From a virus: 64,000 bases of DNA. The translations under genes were made by a program, and so were the position numbers. The DNA lies in IMG/VR virus record IMGVR_UViG_3300018080_000154, positions 1 through 64,000 of that record. One strand, 5' to 3'. Each line of letters opens with the position of its first letter. Positions within the stretch are counted from its first letter, which is position 1. Of the stretch, positions 37,170 through 46,677 are shown one piece after another. The notes under the pieces are model-generated. The model saw nothing but the letters and a program-made list of their open reading frames with translations, had not been told where the DNA came from and made no database searches.

Positions 37170-37478
37170 CTATTTCACCTCTTCTGCAATAAAGCCAAGT
37201 TTTGGACCATCGGCAATTATTGTCTTAAAAAAATTCTTGTCGTCTGGTTGTAGTTCAACCTGCTCGGTGTATCTTACAATGCCTTCTTTTGTTTTTTCTG
37301 AACCGCCAGACTGTGTGACGTACGGCTGAGAAAACAAACAATAAAAGAAGTCTGCATTGTATTCTTCATCTTCTTCGTTAGACTGTTCGGCCTCTAAAAA
37401 TATTTTACCATTATTTTGTTCAACTTTGGCCAAAAGAGTACCATCAAAATTTTTCAACGCGTATTTCAATCCAACCAC
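37170..37478 (-). CDS. Small acidic protein downstream of MuF (possible partner/immunity)
   Basis: 102 aa overlapping the MuF stop; the function is inferred from position only. Confidence 0.55.
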   Translation of the reverse strand: MVGLKYALKNFDGTLLAKVEQNNGKIFLEAEQSNEEDEEYNADFFYCLFSQPYVTQSGGSEKTKEGIVRYTEQVELQPDDKNFFKTIIADGPKLGFIAEEVK

Positions 37479-39568
37479 ACTCCAAATAAACGTTCAAGTT
37501 CTGCAAGTTTTTCTGGTGCAACCCGCATTAGTCTTTCTTTATTCTTCCAATAGAACTTCATAACCTCTGCAAAATCTTCGCATGGATCGGTCTCGGCATA
37601 CCAGGTAATGTATCCGAATCGTCTATTACCCCAGACGTGTGCCATTTTTCTATCGACCATGTACCATGGTCCTTGAAGACTCATGATAGTGAAACGACCG
37701 GTTACCTTGGGACCACCGTTTCGTATGTAATGATCAAAGGCATGACCAAGCTCATGGACCAACGTGTCCCAACCTGTACTTCTAAGATTTCTAACAGATA
37801 AAAGTCTATCGTGTGTAAAGTTTTGAGAATAAAAACCTAACACATTTTTATTTCTTCTATAATATTTTTCAGCGTATTTGAACTTACCACCAAGATCTAA
37901 AAGATTTACGGAATCTGACATCATGATTTTTGAAAGACGTTTGTCTAATGCTACCTGCATCATCCAATCTTTAGCACGGCGTATGTTATCACCACTTGAA
38001 TCGTCCAGATAAAGACGTACGTTGTATCTTTTGTTTACGAGTTTTTTGAAATCACTGGCCGACGTGGCTTCATTTATCATCTTTGCAAATGCTTCGGCTT
38101 CTTTTTGTGATGTAAATGGAACGCCACGTGGTAAATCATCATATCTTGTCGGTATTGTTTCATCTGGTTTCGTAGTTGCTCGAGGTTTTCTAGGTTTCTT
38201 TACAGGTTTTGGTCTAGGTACATCGACCGGTTGTACCGGTATTGTTGTGCCGCCTGGTGGTTTTGGAATTGGTGGCGCAACAATTGGTGGTTCAGGTTCA
38301 ACAACAGATCCAAGACGATTTGCTTTTTTCTTAAATATGTGAACCTGAGTGGTTTTAAATTTACCTTCAGATGTAGTGTAACCTACGACGTCGATATTTC
38401 CTTTTGAAGGAACAACGAAACGTTTCGTTACTGTAACTTCTTGATTTTTGAAAAGATATTTTTCACCAATTACAATATCGTCGGCGCTGTCTAGGGCTGC
38501 ATTCATACCTTTCGGTAGAGTTTCATCTGGAATTACTTCAACACCACCAGGACTTGAAGCAACAACCTCCACCGTCGTCTTACATCTAAAATGATATGGT
38601 GGTAAAGCAAGACCAGCGTCGGCCAAAGTCTTGCTTGTTTTGCTGTTCATTTTTTGTCCAGCACCTTTGATACCAAAACTAGAAAGATCTCGTTGCCAAG
38701 GTGCAACTTTCTTCAAAGCGTCTACATCTTTGGCGCCAAGAACAGCCTTCATTTGAGAAACGCCTTGGTCTATTCTAAAAACACGACCATTCATTTGAAT
38801 GCACGTGTCGTTTACTGGAAGTGGGTTGAAAATTCTGTACTCAGTAAATCCAGCATCAACCATTGCCGTCAACGACGAGAAAGTTCTTGCTCTATTCATT
38901 GAAGTACTAGCAAGACCTTTAAAATAACTTGCACTGCTTCCCGTGTAACCAGAAGGAACTATTTTCTGATCAATTACTTTCTTTGAAAGACCAAGACGAC
39001 CAGACAATCTATCTCTAAGCGCCTTGCCAGCATTTGTCATATTCTTGCCTTCTTTATATGTATTGGCAAGAATTTGTGACACCTCTTTCGAAAGATTTCC
39101 TTTGTAGAAAGCATTCGCTGCAATCTTGTTCTGGTCTTTTAATATCTTGATTGTTTTTTTATCAGCATCTGTAAATGCTGGAATGATTTCTACGTTAGAT
39201 TTTTTCTTTGCTTTTTCTATGGGTCGTACCATTTGACGGTTGACAAAATCTGCTTTATTAAGACGATACATCAAAGAAATATCTCGCTCAATATCTTTGT
39301 CAAGCGGCTCGGCAAAGTCAATAAAAAGACTATCGCACAACCTCGCCACAGAGTCGTAGTCATTTTTGGTGGGTTGTTTATCACCCGTGAAGGTTTTAGC
39401 GATCTGTGCGTCAAGTCTAGCGAGGTTCTTCTTCCATTCAACGGCCAACGTACGAGTCAGTGAATTCTCACGTTTCTCGGCGACACGTTCAATGTTTCCC
39501 GTAGCCTTGTAGATGGCAAATTCTAGACCATGTACAAGGTCGGTAAGTTTACTAATCGACTTCGTCAT
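37466..39568 (-). CDS. MuF / SPP1 gp7-like head morphogenesis protein with C-terminal zincin metallopeptidase
   Basis: MuF motifs TCIQMNGRVF and LPPYHFRCKT, a Pro-rich linker, then HELGH...YAETDPCEDFAE (HExxH plus downstream Glu). Confidence 0.88.
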   Translation of the reverse strand: MTKSISKLTDLVHGLEFAIYKATGNIERVAEKRENSLTRTLAVEWKKNLARLDAQIAKTFTGDKQPTKNDYDSVARLCDSLFIDFAEPLDKDIERDISLMYRLNKADFVNRQMVRPIEKAKKKSNVEIIPAFTDADKKTIKILKDQNKIAANAFYKGNLSKEVSQILANTYKEGKNMTNAGKALRDRLSGRLGLSKKVIDQKIVPSGYTGSSASYFKGLASTSMNRARTFSSLTAMVDAGFTEYRIFNPLPVNDTCIQMNGRVFRIDQGVSQMKAVLGAKDVDALKKVAPWQRDLSSFGIKGAGQKMNSKTSKTLADAGLALPPYHFRCKTTVEVVASSPGGVEVIPDETLPKGMNAALDSADDIVIGEKYLFKNQEVTVTKRFVVPSKGNIDVVGYTTSEGKFKTTQVHIFKKKANRLGSVVEPEPPIVAPPIPKPPGGTTIPVQPVDVPRPKPVKKPRKPRATTKPDETIPTRYDDLPRGVPFTSQKEAEAFAKMINEATSASDFKKLVNKRYNVRLYLDDSSGDNIRRAKDWMMQVALDKRLSKIMMSDSVNLLDLGGKFKYAEKYYRRNKNVLGFYSQNFTHDRLLSVRNLRSTGWDTLVHELGHAFDHYIRNGGPKVTGRFTIMSLQGPWYMVDRKMAHVWGNRRFGYITWYAETDPCEDFAEVMKFYWKNKERLMRVAPEKLAELERLFGVWLD

Positions 39569-41222
39569 CCTTGTCTTCACCAAAAATATTTACGTCTAGA
39601 TATTTTTCAATTACATCGCTAAAGTTTTCGATTCTTTGAATTCGTTTTTCCACCTTATCGGGATTGGGAATTTGTCCTTGATTGGGTGCCTCTCCAGAAG
39701 TGTTCTTAACACGGTCGGCCATTGCAAGACTAAACGGTTCGTCTGGATTGAATGTGATTTTCTTAGGATCGTAGGCCGGTATGTCGATATTTAAAATATC
39801 TCCAATGATCATTCTTGCAACGTTAGGTGTCATGCCGCCAGATTTTTCTGTTCCACCTAGAACTTTCACCAGATCTTCATCATCTGTTACATTTGGAGAG
39901 TTTGATTTGAATTTCCAATATTTGATACCAAGATCTAGTATCAGTCTATTCATTTGGAAGTCAAACATTGCTCTTTCAGGTGAGAAAACCTGTTCATCAG
40001 CAAGACGACGTGAAGACTCTGCCGTTGCTCTAGTATAGTCATCGGCACGACCAACAAAAATTGGAGGAAGACGAAAACATCTTCTAATTTTATCGGCATT
40101 GTTCTTGTCGTATTCTTGAAAAAGCTGGTCATTGTTCTGTGCCTTGGTAAGATCTTCCAACTCAATTTTCATTGGACCATTTGAGTCGTTGTCTTCCGTG
40201 AACGGTTCGGCCTCCAAAATAAGAAACGAACTTCTATTTTTGCTTCTCTTGATATGAGACTCTACAAACTCTTCGATGCGTTCAATTGTCCCATCAGTTA
40301 ACTGGCCATTGTTAACGATAACCGCCATGGCCGGAATATTGTTGTTTTGAAAGGTGACAAAATTTATTTCTTCCGCCACACGACTTCCAAGAACCGAAAA
40401 AAGATTTCCAATGTATCGAGGCACACCATAAGAACTCGAACTGCTAAAAAGACGAAACCTTAAAACCTCCGACGCACGAAATTTTGGATCCAGATTTTCA
40501 TCTGCAATTTTACCAGTTCTAAGATCCATTATTCTTGGATCCCCGTACTCTTTGAACCAGACTTTTTTATTTGCACGAACCTGAACGAAACGAGTATATC
40601 GTTTCTTAAAGATCTTATTTTTTATTTGATAGTCTTTCGTGACGTATGGTATTTCGACGTCGGTTGTTTGTTTGTCCAAATTCGTGAGACGAACCGAATG
40701 ACTTTCCATGTGATACATCGAATGAATGTCTTCGTTAGAGTCACGAAGAATTTCAATGTATCCGTTTCCTGTTGTTTCGATGTCTCGACGGACACGTTTT
40801 CTAAGTTCCGTAAGATCATAATCAGGATTAACGTTATTGAAAACAAGGTCAAGTTTTTCAAATTCTCGTTCAAGTTCGTCCTGTAACTTTTCTCTGTCTT
40901 CTTTTGGTACCCGTGGAACAAATCGTCCACCAAAACCTTCTATGTTTGTAACCATTGCATCAACGCATTGACCAAGTTCCGTTGAGTTTTCAGGCATCTT
41001 GGTAAGCATTAAAAGATCGAACGGTGGACATTTAAGATCCTCAACGTTGCGAAACATGTTTTCTTGTTCTACCTGATTTGACTCGGTAGATTTTTGTATG
41101 TATTTTTCAACTTGGCCCACAGTGATCGCACGTAGCGCTCGACGTTGACCGTCTCTATCATTTATGTTCACGACCTGCTGTGAGTTCGCGGTAGCTTTCC
41201 TACGAGGTTTGTTATCACTCAA
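39552..41222 (-). CDS. Portal protein (PBSX-like)
   Basis: RDIETTGNGYIEI, YGVPRYIG, FQNNNIP and IRRCFRLPPIFVG...YTRATA motifs. Confidence 0.95.
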   Translation of the reverse strand: MSDNKPRRKATANSQQVVNINDRDGQRRALRAITVGQVEKYIQKSTESNQVEQENMFRNVEDLKCPPFDLLMLTKMPENSTELGQCVDAMVTNIEGFGGRFVPRVPKEDREKLQDELEREFEKLDLVFNNVNPDYDLTELRKRVRRDIETTGNGYIEILRDSNEDIHSMYHMESHSVRLTNLDKQTTDVEIPYVTKDYQIKNKIFKKRYTRFVQVRANKKVWFKEYGDPRIMDLRTGKIADENLDPKFRASEVLRFRLFSSSSSYGVPRYIGNLFSVLGSRVAEEINFVTFQNNNIPAMAVIVNNGQLTDGTIERIEEFVESHIKRSKNRSSFLILEAEPFTEDNDSNGPMKIELEDLTKAQNNDQLFQEYDKNNADKIRRCFRLPPIFVGRADDYTRATAESSRRLADEQVFSPERAMFDFQMNRLILDLGIKYWKFKSNSPNVTDDEDLVKVLGGTEKSGGMTPNVARMIIGDILNIDIPAYDPKKITFNPDEPFSLAMADRVKNTSGEAPNQGQIPNPDKVEKRIQRIENFSDVIEKYLDVNIFGEDKDDEVD

Positions 41223-41242
41223 ATTTCACAACCTTTCGAAGC

Positions 41243-41272
41243 TGTATTAATGATTAGACTGAATTTAATACA
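41243..41272. repeat. Inverted repeat between terminase and portal genes
   Basis: TGTATTAA-N14-TTAATACA. Confidence 0.45.
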
Positions 41273-41292
41273 TTTTTCTGTAATGTTAAACA

Positions 41293-42837
41293 TCAAATTA
41301 AACCTGGCTCTCGGCGACGGCGACGTCGACGTTTCGAGCGGCTGACTTTGTAAGCAAGATTTATTGAGTCGAAAACGTCTAGACTCTCCTTAGACGGAAA
41401 AGTTGCAAGTAAATCTCTAACCCATTCGGTTGTGGTAAGAACATGCCAGCGACCGTCTTCAAAAGATGGTTGAAGTTTCATGGCCTCTGTGATTTTGTCC
41501 TTATCGGTATAGAGAAGTTTAACCCTTACGTCCTCGTCGAGTTCCTTTACTTCCTGTTCTTTAATTGCCTGAAATGCGTTACCTTCGATAGCCACTTTTA
41601 TCGGATCCCAATCGTTATGCTGATTGACGATAATCTCCGTCTGTCGTTTTGCGGTCGGTTTACTTCTTATTGCATCTACAATATAGAAATGCTTTGGTTT
41701 AGTCTGAGTTTCTACTATCGTGGAATGCGCAAAGAAGGCTGACGATTCTGATTTACTTACCTGAAGGTCAACCCCTTGCCAAATACGAATATTTTTTCTT
41801 GGGTAATCGGTCTCGATACTTATCCAATTGGGGTTAAAGTATTCACCGATTTCACGATCGATTTCCATTTGCATCTGAGTGTACCAATGGATTCCAAGCT
41901 CTCGTTTCTTTGCCAAAAGTTCCTTGGTTGGGTAATGACTTGGCCAGTAGGAAAGAGCACCTTCTGGATTGTCTTCCGTTACCAGTTCTTCATGATACGT
42001 TAACGCTGGAACTCGAAGAATGTGTTCTTTGTATTCATGTTTTTTAGACAAACGCCGGTAAATATCGTCCCAATGATAGTATGTACCGATAAACCAAATG
42101 ATCACGTCTTTCTCAACGGCGTTATACAATGTTTTATGTACCCAGGTGTCGGCAAGGTCACGTTGATGTTGTGTTCTAGAATTTTCTTCATCAACAAGGT
42201 CGTCCACAATTATTTTTGTAAAGTGTTTAGACGTAAGACCACCACCGCAACCAATACATGTCACAGTCGACTCGTTAGCTTTGCAGGTTCTTGCCGCTAC
42301 GTTTATCTCACGGGTGTCCCATTTGGCCCCTCTTTGTTGTCCAAATATTGCTACCAAAAACGGGTCTTCAAGATGTGCCTTGATTACTCTAAGAAATGCT
42401 TCGGCCTGTAACTGTGTGTCGGATGTTATAAGAATTCTTTCGTTCGGGTCCTGTAAGATCCAACAAACTATTTGACTATAGTTTAGAATGTGAGTTTTTC
42501 CAGATCCCCTGGGCGCCAGAAGAATTCCACGACGTCGCGGTCCATCGGGATGTCCCGGTCGATTGAAAAACTTCCACATCCTGTCGTGATGGTCTGCAAT
42601 CTCATAACCAAGAACGTAGTTGGCAAGAATGTCGACTCGGTTTTCTTCTAAAACTTTACGACGTATCATTTCTTTAAGCGCCGAGAAGTTTTGTGCGTAC
42701 AATTGCTCGATGTATTTACGGGGGATAAAACCACGACGACGTTGACCATTGTTCTTGACCATTCCTAATACGTCTTCTTCTTCAAGACGGTCGTCTTCAT
42801 AATCCTTAGTCTGTTTTTTCACCTTTAGTTTTATCAT
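41293..42837 (-). CDS. terL: Terminase large subunit
   Basis: Walker A APRGSGKT, Walker B IIVDDLVD, IGTYYHWDD, and nuclease motifs GVD, IEGNAFQ and DVFDS. Confidence 0.93.
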   Translation of the reverse strand: MIKLKVKKQTKDYEDDRLEEEDVLGMVKNNGQRRRGFIPRKYIEQLYAQNFSALKEMIRRKVLEENRVDILANYVLGYEIADHHDRMWKFFNRPGHPDGPRRRGILLAPRGSGKTHILNYSQIVCWILQDPNERILITSDTQLQAEAFLRVIKAHLEDPFLVAIFGQQRGAKWDTREINVAARTCKANESTVTCIGCGGGLTSKHFTKIIVDDLVDEENSRTQHQRDLADTWVHKTLYNAVEKDVIIWFIGTYYHWDDIYRRLSKKHEYKEHILRVPALTYHEELVTEDNPEGALSYWPSHYPTKELLAKKRELGIHWYTQMQMEIDREIGEYFNPNWISIETDYPRKNIRIWQGVDLQVSKSESSAFFAHSTIVETQTKPKHFYIVDAIRSKPTAKRQTEIIVNQHNDWDPIKVAIEGNAFQAIKEQEVKELDEDVRVKLLYTDKDKITEAMKLQPSFEDGRWHVLTTTEWVRDLLATFPSKESLDVFDSINLAYKVSRSKRRRRRRREPGLI

Positions 42838-43052
42838 CAGTTAAGAAATTGTCCTTTCGGCGAGGAGGTGTTTTGTAGAAGTTCAATGTCGTGGTCGTTG
42901 TAAATCTTTGTCTCGTCCAAATAAAGTGCGTCATACTTTTCTACCAAGGCAAGTAAGGCGGTGATTGCTTCGTCTTCTTCTAGTGGAACAAAAATCAATG
43001 TCACTTCTTGAAGATCTGGACGACGACGATGTAGACAAAGATACTCTTTCAT
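42837..43052 (-). CDS. Hypothetical protein
   Basis: 71 aa; coupled to terL and to the upstream gene. Confidence 0.55.
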   Translation of the reverse strand: MKEYLCLHRRRPDLQEVTLIFVPLEEDEAITALLALVEKYDALYLDETKIYNDHDIELLQNTSSPKGQFLN

Positions 43053-43399
43053 TGTTTTTGATTGTCCTCTAATTGTGACGAGAGGTCGTCCGACGCAGTT
43101 CCAATTGTTGGAGACCCCTCGTCACGTGAGTCGTTTTTTGAAGAACGACCTTGGTACTTCTCGATGGCGTCGACCATTTCTTTCTCAATCTTTCGGACAA
43201 AAGCCGCATGACGCCGATATGTTTTATTTGCATGTGTCTCGGACAATATGATAAACACGCCAAGAATTGGATACATCACAAACAACCAACGTTGTCCTTG
43301 TGTCAATTCATAAATACCAATCAATATGAAAAACACCGTCAGTCCCCACGTCGACCAACCAACGGTTTTAAGGTCTTGTAGTTCTGCTATTTTTCTCAC
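43049..43399 (-). CDS. Small membrane protein (two predicted TM helices)
   Basis: WGLTVFFILIGIY and WLFVMYPILGVFIIL hydrophobic segments; GGAG SD. Confidence 0.65.
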   Translation of the reverse strand: MRKIAELQDLKTVGWSTWGLTVFFILIGIYELTQGQRWLFVMYPILGVFIILSETHANKTYRRHAAFVRKIEKEMVDAIEKYQGRSSKNDSRDEGSPTIGTASDDLSSQLEDNQKQ

Positions 43400-43410
43400 T
43401 TGGTTTCTCC

Positions 43411-44193
43411 TTATTCGTTTGACACAACTCGTAGAGCTTTTTTGATTTTACCGACCGAGGTAAGTTCTCCGGCGGCTACGCGATTTACAAGATCCTGTTG
43501 ACGTTGAACCAAACTAAGCATTTGATCGTTACTGAGCTCGGCAAGATCTACTTCGCCAATAACTTTTAGTTCTTCTGGTTTTTTCTCCATGAAACCCATT
43601 TCCTGTGCCTTGGCGGCAATGTCGCGCAGGATTTCAAACTTAACTTTAAGGGCATTGGCAAGGGCGTTGGAGTTTGTTCCGGATTTGAATTTCTCGATCA
43701 AGACGTCGAGGTCTTTTATCACCTCCATTTGATTATGTCTGTACTGGACAAACTGTTCTTCGGCGGTGGATTTTCTAAGACTTTCTATTTCTTCCTTATA
43801 TAGGGCTCGTTTGTAGTTGTGGAGTTCGTTTCCGGTAAGATCCAGCTCTAAACAAATCTCCGAGTCCGTGTAGGTATACGCCAACATCTTTTTTATCACA
43901 ATCTTTCTTGCTTTGTGAAGACTTAGCTTCGCCTTCTTGACCAAGGGGGCCTCTACGCGAAGACCACGAGTCAAATTGTCTAGAACATAAATATGCTCGT
44001 CGTCCAACCATCGACCTACACTTTCCGGCACAAAGACCGAGTCGGAAAACGTCTTCGCCATTTTCTGGTCTTTTATCTTTAGACGACGACCGTAAATTGA
44101 TTTTCTAAGCTCTGCAGATCTATTTTTGTTGTCCGTCTTACTTTTACGAGCATCGGTCTTAGGTTTGACCACCAGTCTTTTCTTCTCACCCAT
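43411..44193 (-). CDS. Probable terminase small subunit (HTH + helical)
   Basis: YTDSEICLELDLT is HTH-like; C-terminal DLAELSNDQML resembles TerS tails; lies upstream of terL. Confidence 0.55.
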   Translation of the reverse strand: MGEKKRLVVKPKTDARKSKTDNKNRSAELRKSIYGRRLKIKDQKMAKTFSDSVFVPESVGRWLDDEHIYVLDNLTRGLRVEAPLVKKAKLSLHKARKIVIKKMLAYTYTDSEICLELDLTGNELHNYKRALYKEEIESLRKSTAEEQFVQYRHNQMEVIKDLDVLIEKFKSGTNSNALANALKVKFEILRDIAAKAQEMGFMEKKPEELKVIGEVDLAELSNDQMLSLVQRQQDLVNRVAAGELTSVGKIKKALRVVSNE

Positions 44194-44196
44194 GAT

Positions 44197-45084
44197 TTAC
44201 TTCCTACCAATATGACTAAAAGTTGTTCTTGTTACTGGACGGTGTATGTATCTATCCAAACGGTCACGTCTTAACAACGTGGTGCATTTACCTACGTCTT
44301 GTGTGTATTGACTTCTACAGGTTGACGGCATGATTAAGCTTACGGACGACGTGTTTAAGTTTCCCCGTCTTTGGTTCGACTTCTTACGACGTCGACTTGT
44401 TAACAACGAGATCTTCGACTTTTCAGAAAAACGTCTAGACAAAAGTGGGCCTAGGAACGTACCCCCTAGAAAGAGACCGCACAGTTTTTTTGACACCCGG
44501 GGGCCCTTGACAAGATTTTTGCTCCCAACATAAGTCTTGTTGTGTCGTGACCTGTCAAGTGTGTCGATAGGCTTTACTAATGTTATCGGCCAAACGGATC
44601 CGTTCAAAAAACCCCCTTGTTTTCCTACCCTTGAAACGGTATAGTCTTCGGCCAAAAAGTATCGGTCAGTGTTGTTCAATAAACACTTGTTTTTTGAACG
44701 GTGTTTATCCTCTACTACCCCTTGCATATCCCCACTATTCTCACACAGGTTCTCCTTTTCTCGAGATTCTTTTCTCCAGATCTTGTCGACGGTCGTTTCG
44801 TATGGATCGACGCGTAGCGCCTCTACCCTGCTTATGACTTTAAAAGACGTCGTAAAAACTAGATCTAGTGTCGAAGCATGTCGGCGTACTTCGTGGCGTC
44901 GTAGGGTCTTAGTTTTGATTTGTGGTTGTTTGCCTATGCCAAATGGTGTGTGATTGATGTGGGGACGTAGTCTGTCGTAGTATAGCGTATGCTTTAGCTG
45001 TGTGTGGTTGTATATGTATTCCTTAGTAGTTGTATCTGTTTTCCTATATGTTTTGGTATGGTTTTTCACTACTGTTTTTCTCAT
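44197..45084 (-). CDS. Doubtful basic low-complexity ORF over skewed palindrome-rich region
   Basis: Open for 295 codons and ends 3 nt before the terS start, but the composition (R/K/T/H-rich) is atypical and there are no motifs. Confidence 0.35.
   Translation of the reverse strand: MRKTVVKNHTKTYRKTDTTTKEYIYNHTQLKHTLYYDRLRPHINHTPFGIGKQPQIKTKTLRRHEVRRHASTLDLVFTTSFKVISRVEALRVDPYETTVDKIWRKESREKENLCENSGDMQGVVEDKHRSKNKCLLNNTDRYFLAEDYTVSRVGKQGGFLNGSVWPITLVKPIDTLDRSRHNKTYVGSKNLVKGPRVSKKLCGLFLGGTFLGPLLSRRFSEKSKISLLTSRRRKKSNQRRGNLNTSSVSLIMPSTCRSQYTQDVGKCTTLLRRDRLDRYIHRPVTRTTFSHIGRK
44593..44869. repeat. Cluster of palindromes/inverted repeats
   Basis: AACGGATCCGTT (44593-44604); 13-bp inverted repeat CCGTTCAAAAAAC at 44600-44612 and 44689-44701; ACTAGATCTAGT (44858-44869). 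Confidence 0.6.
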
Positions 45085-45463
45085 TTATGTTATGGTTTTT
45101 TCCTTTACACGGTAGATTTATCTTAACTTTATTTTCTTTTATTGTACACAGTCTCTTGGCGGTTCGGTTTACGGTGAGGGTTTGGCTCGCCGGTCTTAAG
45201 TCTTTTCTTTACGGCTCGGCTCGGTTTTAGTTTGTGGTTCGCTTAGTTGTAGTTGAAAATCGGATTTCAAAAATCTAAAACGTGTCTAGTGTCTAGATTT
45301 TGATTTTACGTTTTGTGTTTTATTGACTCCACTTGTATCCTGGTGTGGTTTTTTTATCTATAACTATCTTATTGGTCTCTCACGCCAGACGCGTCGTCCT
45401 TTACTTCCCCAACAATCACATTCTACCTCCGACTCCCAGCAACAATACTCTTGGTCTATTCTT

Positions 45464-45740
45464 TTACGAGGTTTTTGAATTACTTTTATCACAACGTGTT
45501 CTAGTAGATTCATTGTCGAGGTGTCTCCACATATGAGGTTGAAGTCTAAAATCAAAGGTCCCAGTTAAAGGACTCGACACAATAAGAAAAGCGTGACCGT
45601 TTGGTCCACGCCACCATTTGACGGATAGATTTTTAGACCATCTCCACCAAATAGCCCAACGCCAGGTTATTGATTTTGGATTATGCCACGAGACCAATAC
45701 ATAACCACTATTCTTGACGTTGGTTTTTTTTAAAAAACAT
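45464..45740 (-). pseudogene. Trp-rich hypothetical gene apparently frameshifted in a T6A8 homopolymer
   Basis: ATG TTT TTT AAA AAA AAC at 45740 stops after 10 codons. Removing one A joins it to the frame reading ...SWHNPKSITWRW... to 45464. Confidence 0.35.
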
Positions 45741-45748
45741 TAGTCCAT

Positions 45749-45991
45749 TCATCTTGGTATCTCTTTTTTTATTTTCTTTATCAGTCTTTCATAGGCTCGT
45801 GCAACTCGTGGGTTACCGTACCAATCCAAAGCCAGATCAAGTGCCAACGCTGCAACCTCACAACGGTTAAACGACTTCTCGGATCTACCGTACCAATAGA
45901 TGATCTTTTTAGCATCTTCATCTCCTTCATCTGCTGACTTACCAATTTCTTTTCCGTATTTTTTAAGAAATGGTAGTTCAATGCTACTCAT
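45749..45991 (-). CDS. Hypothetical protein
   Basis: 80 aa; GGAG SD and ATGA overlap. Confidence 0.6.
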   Translation of the reverse strand: MSSIELPFLKKYGKEIGKSADEGDEDAKKIIYWYGRSEKSFNRCEVAALALDLALDWYGNPRVARAYERLIKKIKKEIPR

Positions 45992-46236
45992 CGAAGTCTC
46001 CTTCTATTACTTTTTTGAAGATGTTCATGTATTGCCTCTAATCCAATTTTAATTGCAAGCTCTGGACCAAATCTAATAACGTTAGATTCTTTACCGTCCT
46101 TTTCTCGTATTACTAGACCGTTTCCCCGAAAAGCTTCACTAAGTCTGCGGTTTCTCCAATCTATAAGAACACGTTCGACTGCAATTCTTCCAACTTCAAG
46201 CAGTTCTTCATTTTTTGAAATTTCAATCAAATCCAT
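45988..46236 (-). CDS. Hypothetical protein
   Basis: Start reassigned to MDLIEISKNE after a GAGG SD. Confidence 0.6.
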   Translation of the reverse strand: MDLIEISKNEELLEVGRIAVERVLIDWRNRRLSEAFRGNGLVIREKDGKESNVIRFGPELAIKIGLEAIHEHLQKSNRRRLR

Positions 46237-46392
46237 TATTGCCCTCAACTCTTGTACAGAGAATGACTCATTATTCTTGAAACCGTGTAAACAGGTATCC
46301 AACAAAAATACCATTTCACTACTTTGCTGGTTTGAAAATACTCGGTAAGATGATTTGTTTTCATTCTCTTTCTAATTAGATATTCTTGACTG

Positions 46393-46677
46393 CTAATAAG
46401 CATCAAAGTCTCCGTTTTTTCTCATTTTATCTGTGTTGTTAATTACTCGCCATATCTTTTTTTCAAGACGTTTCATGTGTTTTATTGTTTCCTTGGCAGG
46501 GTCTCCGGTTATTGTTTTGTAGTGCTTGATAAAAAAACTTAGACCATTAATAACGTTGTCGACGTCACCATTGTCTAGATTTATCAAAAGATACGGAGTA
46601 GGGATTTCTCCACCACATGTTGTTGGCTCTTTATCCGACGACTTACAAACACCGCAACTGCATTTCTTTTTTGTCAT
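46393..46677 (-). CDS. Hypothetical protein (N-terminal CxCxxC)
   Basis: 94 aa; GGAG SD. Confidence 0.6.
   Translation of the reverse strand: MTKKKCSCGVCKSSDKEPTTCGGEIPTPYLLINLDNGDVDNVINGLSFFIKHYKTITGDPAKETIKHMKRLEKKIWRVINNTDKMRKNGDFDAY

Noticed and set aside
6558-41292. Shared late-promoter motif (TATTTATG-like near 6600, 30745 and 41265)
   Set aside because: Too short and AT-rich to distinguish from background without motif statistics.
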